The notes under the pieces: model-generated
What the model was told of the DNA's origin: nothing
Seen by the model: only the letters and a program-made list of their open reading frames with translations
Databases searched by the model: none
Shown here: positions 13,779 through 26,685 of the stretch, piece by piece
Numbering within the stretch: the stretch's first letter is position 1
How the letters are laid out: every line of letters begins with the position of its first letter
Made by a program: the position numbers and the translations under genes
DNA from: Lytechinus pictus
Taxonomy: Eukaryota
Length of the DNA stretch: 64,000 nt
Assembly: GCF_037042905.1 (NCBI RefSeq)
Contig: NC_087252.1
Span: 310,001-374,000, forward strand
Direction of reading: 5' to 3'

Positions 13779-14052
13779 CAAATTATATTCATTGAAAATT
13801 TAATTTCTAATGTTCAAGCAAAAGAAATCCATATCAAGTCATGTTTACCCCGTGCAAACCTACCACAGGACAATTACCCCGAAATAGAACTAGAATAGTA
13901 TACTAATACTAACCTCGCAATACGTGTGAGTGCACCTAAAGTTCTATTTCGGGGTAATTGTCCTGTGGTAGGTTTGCACGGGGTAAACATGACTTGATAT
14001 GGATTTCTTTTGCTTGAACATTAGAAATTAAATTTTCAATGAATATAATTTG
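13779..14052. repeat. perfect 113-bp inverted repeat with a 48-bp spacer
   Basis: 13779-13891 is the reverse complement of 13940-14052. Confidence 0.9.
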
Positions 14053-14945
14053 TAATCAAAGAGAATTAAAATAATAATCTTATTTTTAGACAAAATAAAA
14101 GACAGATTGATTTCCATTTTCTATTAATTATCTCATAATTGTTATTGTGGTCTCAATAATATTATTAATAATACTATTATTGTCTCGTTATCATTGTGTC
14201 ATTATTGTTAATGTTGTCCTAATATAGGCCTAATCGTATTACCGGTCTGTCTAATTGTTTCAATAATTATATGATGGGGGGACCTAAAGCTACGCACTTT
14301 GTTTTCAAACAACAAAAACTATCCCAATTTTAATATTTCAACAAATTATCTTTCACTAATTTGTGGCAAACATTATAAAGATCATTAACCAAGAAGAAAA
14401 TATCGCTAAACTCAGCTCACTAACACGAAAATCCCGCCGTGTTTTCCGAACACCTCTTGATTTCGCCGCCCGATGTAGAAGGGGTCCTAAAGCTACGCAC
14501 TCGATTTATCATGCAAAAAAAAAAGTATTTCCTGTGCCTCAATTTCTAAAATATATTCACATTATTATAGGATAAAATGAAATTAAAGCGAATATAACTC
14601 CAAAAATCCAAATAGTTGTTTGTTTTCTCTGCATATAGAGATTTACTGCAACCTCTGTAGAAAAAATTGATTAGGAATCGTTCGTCACTCTGCAGTCACA
14701 GTTGGAACACACAGAGTGCGCATTTGCCATAAAAAACTGCATGCGCTATGAGTGGTGCGTAGCTTTAGGACCCGCGCAGCTTTAGGACCCCCGACCATAC
14801 AATTATAATACTATCATAATAATAATAATTGTTATCATAATTATGAGTCATAATTATTTCATAACAATTATTATTGTAATAATAATTATTATTGCCTCAA
14901 TAGGGCCTAACTTAGTAATTACTAGTATTGGACGTGGAATATTAC

Positions 14946-15148
14946 CTAGCGAGAAGCACACAAAATACTTCTTCGTACGAACTCAACGAGAGTCTGAGCC
15001 GAATCTCTCGGAGACCTTTCATTGTTGTCTCGCTCACTCGTATTCGCCACACGCCCTGGTCACAAACGGCTTCATTTTCTTCCTTCTCCCGAAAGCTCTC
15101 TGAAAGATCTACCGCCATATTCGATATTCCCGTTCTCCTTTCCATCAT
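14946..15148 (-). CDS. C2H2 zinc-finger gene, coding exon 1 (RHH-like N-terminal motif); ATG at 15148 or 15118
   Basis: ORF (M)MERR..MAVDLSES..WRIRVSETTMKGLREIRLRLSLSSYEEVFCVLLA ends at donor AG|gtaata (phase 2). It joins in frame through exon 12725-12790 to exon 3601-4040. Confidence 0.7.
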
Positions 15149-15275
15149 GCATTCGATGTCGCCAAATAAGGGACGAAACTAGCGAGAAAACGCGAATTTC
15201 TTGCTGTAATACGTGACGCCGGTCGCGTTTTTTCCATTTTCACGTAGCATCAGATTTGACCTTCACGTACTATTA

Positions 15276-15289
15276 CCGTAGAGGGCGCT
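15276..15289 (+). promoter_or_regulatory. CTCF-like motif just upstream of the zinc-finger gene first exon
   Basis: CCGTAGAGGGCGCT resembles the CTCF core CCASYAGRKGGCRS and lies in a CpG-richer, promoter-like stretch. Confidence 0.35.
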
Positions 15290-15449
15290 ACAAAGGTGCC
15301 ATGTTTAAGGGTGGGTTTAAGAATTCATCAAACATAATGTAACTTTTAATTTCCATTCAAAAATGCGTTTTGTTTTTCTCTTTTCCTGCACTTGGTACTG
15401 GTGGGAGGAAAAAGACACTTAGCAGAAATGTAATTCACGAAAAAAAAAC

Positions 15450-15590
15450 TGGTGCGCTAGTGCCCTTTGGTAAGGCATTTATCCTCATTACCAGGTCCCT
15501 CGGAGAGGACCTTAAGCCGTTGGTCCCCTGGTTGCTTGCTCACAGGCATTCGTGCTTTCTTAGCAGTCAGGTAAAACAACCTCGGTATAA
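15450..15590 (+). mobile_element. SINE fragment (SURF-like echinoid retroposon)
   Basis: gtgccctttggtaaggcatttatcctcattaccaggtccctcggagaggaccttaagccgttggtccc resembles a sea-urchin SINE body (recalled, not searched). Confidence 0.45.
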
Positions 15591-15785
15591 CATGAAAATA
15601 CCCTCAAAAAGCACCAAACCAAAACATCCATACAGGAAGACAATTCCTGAAAATAATGAAATTGATGGCACCCCCATGGGCAATGAGCGTTTCAAAAAAT
15701 CGCCGAAGTGTCCGATCTTCCCCTTGCATTGTAGTATCTTTGGCCTATTTGCGATCATCCGTGTGATTCTTTGTTCATTGCTTAA

Positions 15786-17642
15786 AGGGATTGTCTAGGC
15801 TGAAAATCTGTATATCTAAATAAAAAGAGTAAATAATTCACAAAGCAAAATGCTAAAAATTTCATCAAAATCGGATAACAAATAACGAAGTTATTGAATT
15901 TTAAAGTTTGTCAATATTTTGTGAAAACAGTTATATGCACATCGTCATAAATATTTATTAGATGGGCTGATTATCAGTGGCGGGCCGTGGGTCACAGCCA
16001 CTGATCTCTCCACTAAGGGGAGAGATCAGTGGTCACAGCATTGGGGGCCGGGGGGCACCAACAACATTAATTCTTAAGTCACTTGGCGTGCGAAGCGCGC
16101 TCAGTTGTCAGGTATACCGATCAAACAATGCGAGCGCGAAGCGCGAGCTGAAATTTTTTGATATTCAGTTCTAAAAAGGGACATTATAAGTATTTTTTTG
16201 TAATCATGATACGTATACCTGTCTCGCTAAATAAACAATACGAGCGCGAAGCACTTTAAGGACTATATATTTTAGGAATCCATTAAGAGTAAAAATATCT
16301 CACCATAGTCATCTAATGCGAGTGCCAAGCGCTTGCTGAGTGTTAGAATTACATGAAGCACTTGTTGTCATTGTAATAATCAAAATTGTAATAATCATCT
16401 CACTAATCAAAATATTGCGAGCGCGAATTGAAAATTTAGGAAATTCAGACCTGAAGAGGGGCATTTTAAAGCTTGTTTGTAGGAATTCACGAAGACCATA
16501 CGTATTTTACTGACCAAATGATGCGAGCGCGAAGTGCGAGCTGCAATTTTGTATTATATTGACACCAAACAGGGATATTTAAGGACTATTTTTCAAGAAA
16601 TCCATTAAGAGTATACATATCTCACCATAGTAATCTTATGCGAGTGCCAAGTGATTGCTGATTTTGTTATAATTACATCTAAACACAATGATGAAGCACT
16701 TTTTGTAGTCATTGAAATCATGATTATCATACGCATCTCACTAATCATTGCAAGCGCGAAGCGCGAGCTGAAAATTTAGAAAATTCAGACCTGTAGAGTA
16801 GCATGCAAGGCTTGTTTGTATAGGAATTCACTAAGACCATACTTATTTCACTAACCTAATGATGCGAGCGCGAAGCGCGAGCTGAAAATTTTTGATAATC
16901 AGATTAAAAAAAAGGGACATTTTAAGGACTGATTTTAGGAATTCATGAAGAGCAGATATCTCACTAATCCACTAATGCGAACATAAGCACGCACAGGAAA
17001 TGTTTCATATTAAGACCTGAAAATGGGGCAATCACTTTAAGAAGTCATGAAAAAGAAGCATATGTCACTTCATAAAACAGTAATAACTCAAAGTGCGAGG
17101 AAACTACGTTTCTCTTCCCTTTTCCCTCTTTTTCTCCTTTCCCTCTTTTTTTTTGCCAGCCGATGGGGGGGGGGGCACGTGCCTCCCATGCCCCCTGAAG
17201 TTACGCCACTGCTGATGATGTCATCAAACCCCCACTTTCCCTTTTCTTATGTTATTACATGAAATCATAAATGTTTCATTTTTTCATACATGTGTGAATG
17301 ATGTGTCTCCATCATAATGAAATAAGTTGCGGCAGTAAATAACTAATGCACTTAATCAGTTGTCAATCCAATTGTTTTAGTTAGTGGTAGAATTTTCTTA
17401 AATAAACCTTATTTCATATAATAAAATACAAAAGAACAAGTGAGATATAAGATCATCAGCCCACCTAATGAGTATTCATAAAGACATGCCTAAAACTGTT
17501 TTACCGTAATAATGCAAATCTTTAAAATTCAATAACTTCGTTGTTTGTTATCCCGGCAATTTTGATAAAATTTTCAGCATTTTGCTTTGTGGATTTTACT
17601 CTATTTATTGAGATACAAATATATCCAACCTGGATCATGCCT
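15786..17642. mobile_element. TTAA-flanked (Kolobok-like) element hosting a nested hAT MITE
   Basis: ttaa|agggattgtctaggctg ... caacctggatcatgcct|ttaa; continuous across the 15975-17211 insertion. Confidence 0.6.
15975..17211. mobile_element. hAT-like non-autonomous element with internal gcgagcgcgaagcgcgagctgaaa repeats
   Basis: TIRs cagtggcg / cgccactg; 8-bp TSD ctgattat / ctgatgat. Confidence 0.8.
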
Positions 17643-17825
17643 TTAAACAAAATAACGCGTATTTTTTTTAGTCACGCATTGTGTACAGCATTATATTTGA
17701 CTGCCCCCTCCCCGGGGTTTTGGGATTTCTTCCAAAAAACGACCTATATTCCAGCGGCACGTTCCCGTATGCTTCATTTCGTGAGTAACCCCAACCCCGG
17801 GAGAAAACTATGGGTAGTGTCGACT

Positions 17826-20070
17826 CAGGGCCGTAGCCAGAAGCATTTTGTTGGGGGGGTGTACCAGCTAAATTTGCCAACTAAATTTGGCGTGACAGCG
17901 CCAACGTGAGCACAGGGGGAGTCTGATGGGGGATGTGCCCCCCTACAATAATCACATGCTAAAAGATTTTGAATTTTTAGAATTGAATTAGTGGCATTTG
18001 GTGAATACTTTAAGGTAAATTATACAAAGATATTTGCACTGCAAAAATAAACATTTTGGATCAAAATAGAAAGGCTAGTGTGCCGTAGTTGCTAACTTGC
18101 AGTATAATGCCCTACAGGTATATGCATTAATAATATCAAAATCAAAGATTTGTTAATTTTTAATTGACCTTCTGTGCAAGATGTCTCAACTAAAATTTCA
18201 AGAGTGCTACTGCTAACAGTGGCGTACCGTGGGTCACGGCATTGGGGGCGGCACCAGCAAAAAATTTGATTCATAAAGTGGGCGCGCGAAGCGTGCTCAA
18301 TTGCCAGGTATACTGACCTAATAGAGACATTTTAAGGACTGTGCCATTAAACGGATATGTCTCTTAGTGATCAAATAATGCGAGTGCGAAGCGCGAGCTG
18401 AAAATGTTTGATATTCAGTCCTAAAAAGGGACATTAAAAGCAAAGTTTTGTAATCACGATATGTACCTGTCTCACAAACATACAATGCGAGCGCGAAGCG
18501 AGAGCTGAAATTTTTGGTATAACTTAAACCTAAAAAGGGACATTTTAAGGACTATCTTTTGCAATTTATGAAGTGCATACGTATCTCATCATAGTCATCT
18601 AATGCGAGCGCCAAGCGCTTGCTGATTTTGTTAGAATTACACTGGTACATGAAGCACTTTTTGTGGTCATTGTAATCATGAACATGATACGTATTTCACT
18701 AATGAAATATTGCGGGCGAGAAGCGCGAACTGACAATTTTTGAAATTCGGACCTGAAGAGGGGCATTCTATGGCTTGCTTGTAGGAATTTACTATTTCAT
18801 TAAGTGTTGCGAGCGCAAAGCGCGAGCTGAAAATTTGTTATAATTAGATCAGAAAAAGGGACATTTTAAGGACTGTCTTTAGGAATTCGTCTACTGCAAA
18901 AACGCCAGTGTTGATTTAACACCACTACCAGCCCGGTATCTATATCGGTCCACACCAATGCGAAGGTAAGCACAGACTGGAAATGTTTTATTAAGGCCTT
19001 AAAAGGGGGCAATCACTTTAAGTATATAGTCATGAAAAAGGCATATGTCACTACATAAAACAATAATAACTTGAAGTGCGAGGAGATAATTTGGTGCATA
19101 ATCTTTATGGACTTAAAATACAACAGGACTATATATCTCATTAGTCAGACAATGCGAGCACCAGGAATGATGCAACCCCAACCTGCCCCCACTCCCACCC
19201 ATCCCCACCCCAAGCACATTCTGACACCATAAATTAAACAAAATTCTTCGGCGACAGAATTTAGTAAAAACAACTTAGAAAATTTTTGTGTTTTTTGCTA
19301 ACTGCAAACTTGTAGACAAGTCTACAAGTTGTAGACTTGTCTTCATGAATTTGCCAACTGCAGAGTTACCAGTTTTTTAAGTCTTGTGTTCTGTTCTTCT
19401 CAGATCTGAAACGGGGCAGTACTTGTACATCACTTTGCTGACTGGTAGAGCGTATAGTGTTCTGCCACTTTAATAGGCCCACTTTATTATTTGCCAACTA
19501 TACTTTGGCTTTGATTATTCAACTTATACCTTGGAAATTCACCCCACTCCATATTTATGTACCTAGTCTTGCCTCTAATTTTACAAAACTAATGTGTTTG
19601 TTATTAAAATCGTCAATAATTGTGGTATAATTTGCAAACTCACAAGCTTGTTTATATTGGGGGAGGACCGGGGGCTTACTTTGTGTGTTATTATAGCTCC
19701 ATCTGTTTTGTCCTTTGTATTTTGCTGACTAGTAGGGCTCTAAGCCTGGCTACATGGACTTGGATTTGCCAACTGGTTGTCAAAGTCGTAACCTTCTTCG
19801 AAGTTAGTACCCCTATTTTTCTTTCCTTTTTTTTTTCTTTCTTTCTCTCTTTCTCTCTCTCACTCCCCTCTCTCCCTCCTCTCTCTCTCTTTCTTTCTTT
19901 TTCTTTCTCTCCCCCTCTCTCCTTAAGTTTCTTTTTTCTCTTCCTTTCTTTCCCTCTTTCTTTTTCTCCCCTATCCTCCATTTTGCCAACTGGTACATGA
20001 TTTTGCCGACTGCCATGAATGTTGGGGGGGTGTCACACCCCCCCATACCCCCCCTCTAGCTACGGCCCTG
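17826..20070. mobile_element. hAT-like non-autonomous element (2245 bp) containing a partial copy of the 15975 element (from 18217)
   Basis: TIRs cagggccgtagc / gctacggccctg; perfect 8-bp TSD tgtcgact. Confidence 0.85.
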
Positions 20071-21206
20071 TGTCGACTGTCGATTAGCTTTCGCCCGGGG
20101 GAGGCGGAACTGACTTCATGCTGCGAGGGAGGTTTCTGACGCGCATATGGCATATAAGGTTTGAAGGTTTTATTAGAATATCCACATATCGCAGCCATTC
20201 AGACTGAATTGCATTTGATTTACAAAATATAACAATAAAATGATAACATGATATAGCAATCGAACATTATAAATATATTATTTACAGATAAAAATACAAA
20301 CACTTTGGATAACTTGACAGATTAAGGAAAGGGTGACCAGAGTGTAGAGATAATGGGAAAATGAGATACAATAGAGTAGGGAAAGATCGGCGGGGGAAGA
20401 TGAGGACAGAAGAGATGAGTATGAAAGTAGTAATACACAGATGTAATTCTGATTTAAACCAAGTGAGAAACTGAAGAGTGAGAAACATAGTTGGTTAAAT
20501 TAAGAAGAGTACATGTATATCAAAATATAAATATAATTATAAAAGAAAATCACTTTCTTACATTGAAATGAGCCTATCATATTTTATTTTTATTATTTAT
20601 ATGATGGTGAGAGACAGAATGTTTTCACAAGTGGCACATGATTTCCCAACACCATGACATCTATAGTACCCTAAACTAATATAAGGACTGGGCTATTGAA
20701 GATGTATTGAAGGCGGGGGGATGATGGCCCCCTTCTGATCTCAGCCCCCGTTCGCGCGATAGCGCCGAAATTTGGCACGCACTTTTCTTTACCACATAAA
20801 CTATACAAGCCAGTAAAAAAATCAGAAAATAATTATTTTGTATTTATTATGAATTAAATATGCAAATTAAACCCTGAATTAATAAAACGATGAATAATCA
20901 CTGTCAGTTTTATGAATTTCATCCCACATAGACTTTGTACAAAAAGTATAAAAATGAGCCTAGATATTCCGCATTACATCGTCTCGTAAAAGGTCATGTG
21001 GCACCGCGATGCTATACCCGTATGTCGCGAACTTGGTCTCAAAGGCTGCGCAAGTCAAAATTGTTTTTGCGGCGCTACCTTTTTTGTTTCGGAGATATCG
21101 CGCGAAGCGTTGGGGCCGGGGCATCTCATACCCCCGGTCAAACCCCTTCATCATTTTAGGGTTAAACCCCCTGGACTGATATAAAAAGTGAAGAACCCCC
21201 CCCCTC

Positions 21207-21711
21207 CCCGGGGGCACCTCCATTGACGAGTGGATAACATGTGCGACCATGGGTCTCGAACAGCTCCCTATTCTGAAAATGTACCCCTTAACAAGTATTG
21301 GGAACAAAACGATACCCTTGCGGCAAGTTCCCTGAAATGAACGGTTACCCCTAAACGAGTACAGCGATATTTAATTGTTATATAAATGTATGTCACGGAC
21401 GTCGGTTTTACCTTTACCTACATCATTGGGTTATACGGCCCCACCTTGCGCAAGTCGGACTCTAATCACGTATAGTGTTGACTGTTCGGGCAAAACATCC
21501 TTTATTTTTTAGTCTTTTTACCCTCACAAATTTGACCCTAAACACGTAGCTTTCCTAACGAATATATACCCCCTTTTCATTCTTCTATATAGTGTTTTGA
21601 CACCATTATTAATTTACGAACGTAACGTGCCCTATCTTGAAAAAAGATATCCTTTTTATGTGTTTTTTGGTCGCGCATGGTATCAACTCGTCAATGTAAG
21701 TGGCCCCCGGG
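21207..21711. mobile_element. MITE with CCCGGGGG-starting TIRs of about 45 bp
   Basis: cccgggggcacctccattgacgagtggataacatgtgcgacca / tggtcgcgcatggtatcaactcgtcaatgtaagtggcccccggg. Confidence 0.75.
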
Positions 21712-21954
21712 TGAAGAAACAAATGATACAAGAGAGAATGTTAGCAAACAGTTAAACGTAGGGCATGCATAGATACCAGTAGATGCCACAGGGTGACAGA
21801 AGAATGAAATAAATATAAATTTGTTTTAATCCCGAAAGTACATGTACATATCTGAGGGTACATTTTTTGGCGGTCATTGCATGGATCCACGCGTATATAC
21901 CGAGAAAACTTTCACTGATCACGTATCATGATCGAGAAAATCCGTTCGTAAGTG

Positions 21955-22922
21955 TGTGCGTATGTGTGTGGGTAAGATAGGAGGAGTGACGATGGTGGTT
22001 TGTGTATGAGGGAGGGTGTGTGTGTGTGTTTGTGTGTGTGTAGAGCCTGGAGAGAGAGGGAGTGGGACTGGTGGCGATGTGTGTGTGTGTGTGTGGGCGT
22101 GGGTGAGTATGGGCGTGTGAGAGAGCCGGGAGGGTGAAGGTGAGTGTGTGTGTATGGTTGTCTGTAAAACTATAGGGATAAAGAGAGAGGGGGAGGGTGA
22201 GAATTGTGTGTGTGTGTGCAAACTATGGGGAAAGAGAGAGAGAGAGAGAGAGAGGGGGGGTGACGTGTGTGCGTGAGTGTGTGTGTAGGTATGGTCGTGT
22301 ACGTGATAGGGAACGTCATGTAAGAATGAGTGCGATTCATATTTGAATACACATACTAGGAATATAAATCCTAATATTGTAGATTGTTGACTTTCTAACT
22401 GCAAGGTAAAGTCATTGAGCTCTTCTCAACCTTATAGACCACGCTATATATTCCTTTTCCAAATTGACATCAACTTATATACTTCTCTCTTTTTCTTTCA
22501 AGTATAAGTTGATAAGGAATGATAATATTTATTATATTTTTAACAAGTGAATGATTTTTAAAAAAAAGTACGATTCCAAAATCAGTCGCAGCAGTAGTAA
22601 TAGAAGTGGTAGTAATAGTAGTAGTAGTAGTAATAGTAGTAGTAATATTAATATTAGTAGTATTAGTAGGAGTAGTAGTAGTAGTAGCAGCAGAAGTATT
22701 AGTATTAGTGGTAAAGTGGGTTCGAATCATCAACATTATCATTATTATTGCTATATATTATTAATATCGTTATCACTATTGTCATTATTATTATTATTAT
22801 GCCTATTATTATTAATATAATTATTTTTGTAAATATCATTATTATTATTATCATTATCATCATCATTATTACTATAATTACCATAGTCATTCTTATTTTC
22901 AGAACAGTAGTAGTAGTAATAT

Positions 22923-22985
<63 letters not shown>
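21955..22985. repeat. compound microsatellite block: (GT)n/(GA)n, (TAG)n, (TAT)n, (TA)n
   Basis: Seen directly in the sequence. Confidence 0.9.
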
Positions 22986-22989
<4 letters not shown>

Positions 22990-23772
22990 AATGAAGAAGT
23001 AATAGTAGTAGGAGGAAGAGGAAACATATTTTTACCAGTTGAATTAGCCCCTAAAAAGTGCGTCATTGAGGCAATTTAACAAAAATCTTTCGTTTTCGAT
23101 ATTAATACATGGTAGCTAGAATGGTAGCATGATAACAAAAGTTAACCAGGCATGCGTAAGATATGCTTTTTTGTGTTTTTCATTTAATGAACAAAATTAT
23201 TGACATTAGCGTGCTTTCTTTTCAAAAATCTGAAGTTCAGCGAGGTTTAGGGATAATTGTATGGAATTCGACCTAGGCTTTCTATTCATGCGCTCAATCG
23301 AGACAAAACCTTTTTCATCCGTCCGGTACAGCTACATCATAATTCTTGTGTACATGGTGTGTCTACTGAGTGAGGTCAATTTACACCGATGCATAGTTGA
23401 CACTATTGCTATTTCTGGTGGTATGTTGCATAGTTGACTATTGATATTTCTGGTGGTATATATTATGTTCTACGGATCAGTCTTGTATTTGACAAGGATA
23501 ATCGTTAGTGTGTGTCATTTTTTTGGAACGGGAACTATCATAAAAATCAAACAGCTCCTGCACGGTAATAATTGTCTGCCAATACAGTGTGTGCTTATTT
23601 GATCTGCCTCCAGATTCGAACTTAACTCCATAAAGGCTGTAAATAGCCTGGACAACCCCAATCTTTAGTTGAGAAGAGTTCAGATTACGAATGTTTCGCC
23701 GTCTTGCAACGTCGACATATTCCCATCCCTTTCTTATACTAACTACTTTTGATCTGTGACGCCTTCATCGAA

Positions 23773-24082
23773 ATGGCGTCTTCGGAAATCGAGAAAGAGA
23801 AAGAAATTTCGTATTTGCGGCAAGAGATCCTAACCTACACCCCTGGGACTGCATCCCCGGGTGAGGATGAGAGGGTGGCCTGTCTCTATCCGAGAAAACT
23901 TATCATCTACATGATTGACGTCATCACTGATGGTGCCTCAGATACTGTCCTGGCAAACCTAAGATCTGCACTTCTTGTTGATGAGCCTGTAGGTGAAAGC
24001 CTCAAGGAACCATTTAATGAAGAAGATCGTGAAATACGTCTTACTGAGTTTATATCAGTCATTATACATCATCATGTTACAG
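23773..24082 (+). CDS. IFI44-like / coiled-coil / death-domain protein, exon 1
   Basis: ATG in context gaaATGG, MASSEIEKEKEISYLRQEILTYTPG..., donor ACAG|gtgagt (phase 1). Confidence 0.8.
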
Positions 24083-24425
24083 GTGAGTATACGCATGAGG
24101 TAAAATATAAAACAAAAATCAAACGAACAAAACAATGGTATAATGCCGGTGGTTTCTTCGGATAGTAAAATCTATAAATGTCCTCGATTCAAAATTGTTT
24201 CCAAAGGATTTTGGTACCAGAAAATTTCAAAGCAATATCAGAGAATTTAAACACACATAGCATAAAACGAATTCTTTTTAATCACCCCGATTTTTGGATG
24301 TAGATTCATCTCACTGAGAAATTTTAATGAATGGTCACTGCACATACCATTCAAACAAACCGAATTTGAAGGTTTCGTTATCATATGATACTTATTAGTG
24401 TTATTATTATACCATCTTTAACCAG

Positions 24426-24495
24426 GAGAAGCTGTTGACCAACTGCAAGTGAAAGCGCTTTCTGCGGTAGTTGGATGCTTCCTTGTCGCAATAGG
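24426..24495 (+). CDS. death-domain gene, exon 2
   Basis: Acceptor ttaaccag|, EAVDQLQVKALSAVVGCFLVAIG, donor GG|gtaact (phase 1->2). Confidence 0.75.
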
Positions 24496-24908
24496 GTAAC
24501 TATATACTTTTCATTCTTATGATCCATCGAAAAATGTAAAGCACGTTTTGCAACAATTGCAACAAACTGACCCGAGTAGGTGTCTTATATGTACAAAAAT
24601 TGGCTTCTGAAATAATTATTATTGGCGATTCACTTTTCTTTCCAGAACAAATCAAAATGAATGAAAGCCTGAGATTAGTTTACATTTTCTATTCTATTTG
24701 TTGTTGTTGCTTCCAAGAGGTCAATCTTTTGATGAGGATTATAATGATGATAATGAATGTTCATTTTGTAATTCTTGGGACGGGGATCGCCCCCCACGAC
24801 GCATCCTCGTGATGTCCGGCCCGTTTATGTTTGACCACATACGCTACCACTGAGCAAAACATGAGTTTCTAATATCTCCACTACATTCTTCTGTTGTTTA
24901 TCCACCAG

Positions 24909-24976
24909 AGAATCAGGTGTGGCACTTTCTCAGTTTCTAATGTCTGATTGGATATCACCAATATCTGACATCACAG
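24909..24976 (+). CDS. death-domain gene, exon 3
   Basis: Acceptor tccaccag|, ESGVALSQFLMSDWISPISDIT, donor ACAG|gtgagt (phase 2->1). Confidence 0.75.
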
Positions 24977-25248
24977 GTGAGTTTAAATAATTGCACAATA
25001 ATACGGATACATACAAATTCTTACAATCCACCCGAGTTTGTAAAATAGTTATTTAATTAGCAAGCGAATGGAATCAGGGATGATTTCATTTGGGTTCCGC
25101 AGCATTTCGCTTGATAGGATTGGACCGTTGTTTTAATATTAACATAAGTGTTTTTTAATGCGGTACCTATTTCGACCGTAAAATTCACATACCAACTAAA
25201 CGAATGTTCGAAGACTCATTTGAATGTCACCCTTTCTCATCAAAACAG

Positions 25249-26328
25249 GCCGGCCTCCTATTATCTTAATGATATGTGACCTGGGAAAACAGCATGCCGA
25301 CTGGACGAGAGGGCAGCTTAGAGATATTGGGATCATCGATATATTTGAAATGCCATTTCCTGGAAACCTGTCTCTCGAGGAAGATTTGGAACTCCTCAGA
25401 ATGCTTCAAAGGTGCCTGGTCGAGAGTGACGAAGGGGTAAAGATAAGGTTTGCCAAGACCATGGAGGAAATGTGCAGAGATCCGGCATTTCGAAGGATTT
25501 ACGAGCAAGCATTGGAAGGTAGCAAGAGGGCCAAACAGTTGGAGAAAGTCATAGAGCAAGAACGAGAGAGAAGCAAAGATATGGAGGATCTTAAGGAAAG
25601 ACGTGAAGAGGAGATACGAACCAGGGAGAGGGACTGGCAGAAGAAACTGGACGACAGAGATGGCGATATCAAGGCTTTGTCAGACATTGTCCAAATGACA
25701 TGGGGGAGGAATGAGACTGGTCTCGAGGCTGTTCAGCAGCAGGTTGAACAACTAAAGGAAGAGAGAGAAGCAAACAGAGCACGCCACCAGGAAGGCAAAC
25801 TCGCCATGGAAACAGAATGGAAGGTCGAAAGAGATGCACTAGAAGAGCGTATACATGCTCTGACTGACGCAGTCAAAAAGGCGGATCAAACGGAGGAGAA
25901 ACTCAGAAAAGAGGTTGAGGAGGTAAAGAACGAGAGTGACGAATTGAGGATAAAACATGATGACGAGAAGGTTGCTTTGGAAGCAAAGTTGAAGTACGAA
26001 GAAGAATCTAAGGAGGAAGCGATGAAACAGGCGATCAAAGACAAAGAGTTTACTGAAGAGGCAACGCGACAGAAACTTAACGCGCTCTTGACCGAACGGG
26101 AGGAAGAAAAGGCGGCCCATCTCAAGGAGAAACGTTTATTAAAACGACGGGTGAAGAAAGAAGAAACACGCATAGAACAATTGGAGCGGGAAACCCAGAA
26201 ACTGAGGAATAAGATTCAAATTGAAAGTGAGATGCGATCCATGGAACAGCAAAGAGCATCAGAGAGATCTGGCTTTTCAAGTTTCGCCATCCGGTTGATT
26301 TCAGGATCACAGATGGATCTAACTAGAG
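25249..26328 (+). CDS. death-domain gene, exon 4 (end of N-terminal domain plus ~290-aa coiled coil)
   Basis: Acceptor aaaacag| in frame with ORF 25224..26459; E/K/R heptad-rich; donor AGAG|gtaacc (phase 1). Confidence 0.85.
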
Positions 26329-26612
26329 GTAACCTTACTGCCCACACTATTAGTGACAAAAAACCAAAACAAATGACAGTTAAACTGATGAAATCGGATA
26401 CAAATGATATCATTGGAAATAATGTGATATGTTTGGTCGATCTTGACCCTGTGACATAACGCTTTCCTTATGATTTCTACGATCGCTTTTGCATAATTCA
26501 AAGGAAAATTTCCATTTATTTAAGATGGGGTTTTAATAAACTTGTGATTTCAAACGACATTTTACGAACGATATTAGCCTATTGATATATGTCATCAATT
26601 TCGTGTTCGCAG

Positions 26613-26685
26613 GTACTCATGTCGGGGATAAGCAAGGATTTGTGCATCTAGCAGCAGATTCAACACACTCATTAGGCATGTTAGG
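26613..26685 (+). CDS. death-domain gene, exon 5
   Basis: Acceptor gttcgcag|, THVGDKQGFVHLAADSTHSLGML, donor GG|gtaagg; supplies the phase 1->2 switch that exon 6 needs. Confidence 0.6.

Noticed and set aside
19620..20198. K/E/R-rich and S/F/L-rich ORFs
   Set aside because: They arise from a CT-rich low-complexity tract inside a hAT-like MITE.
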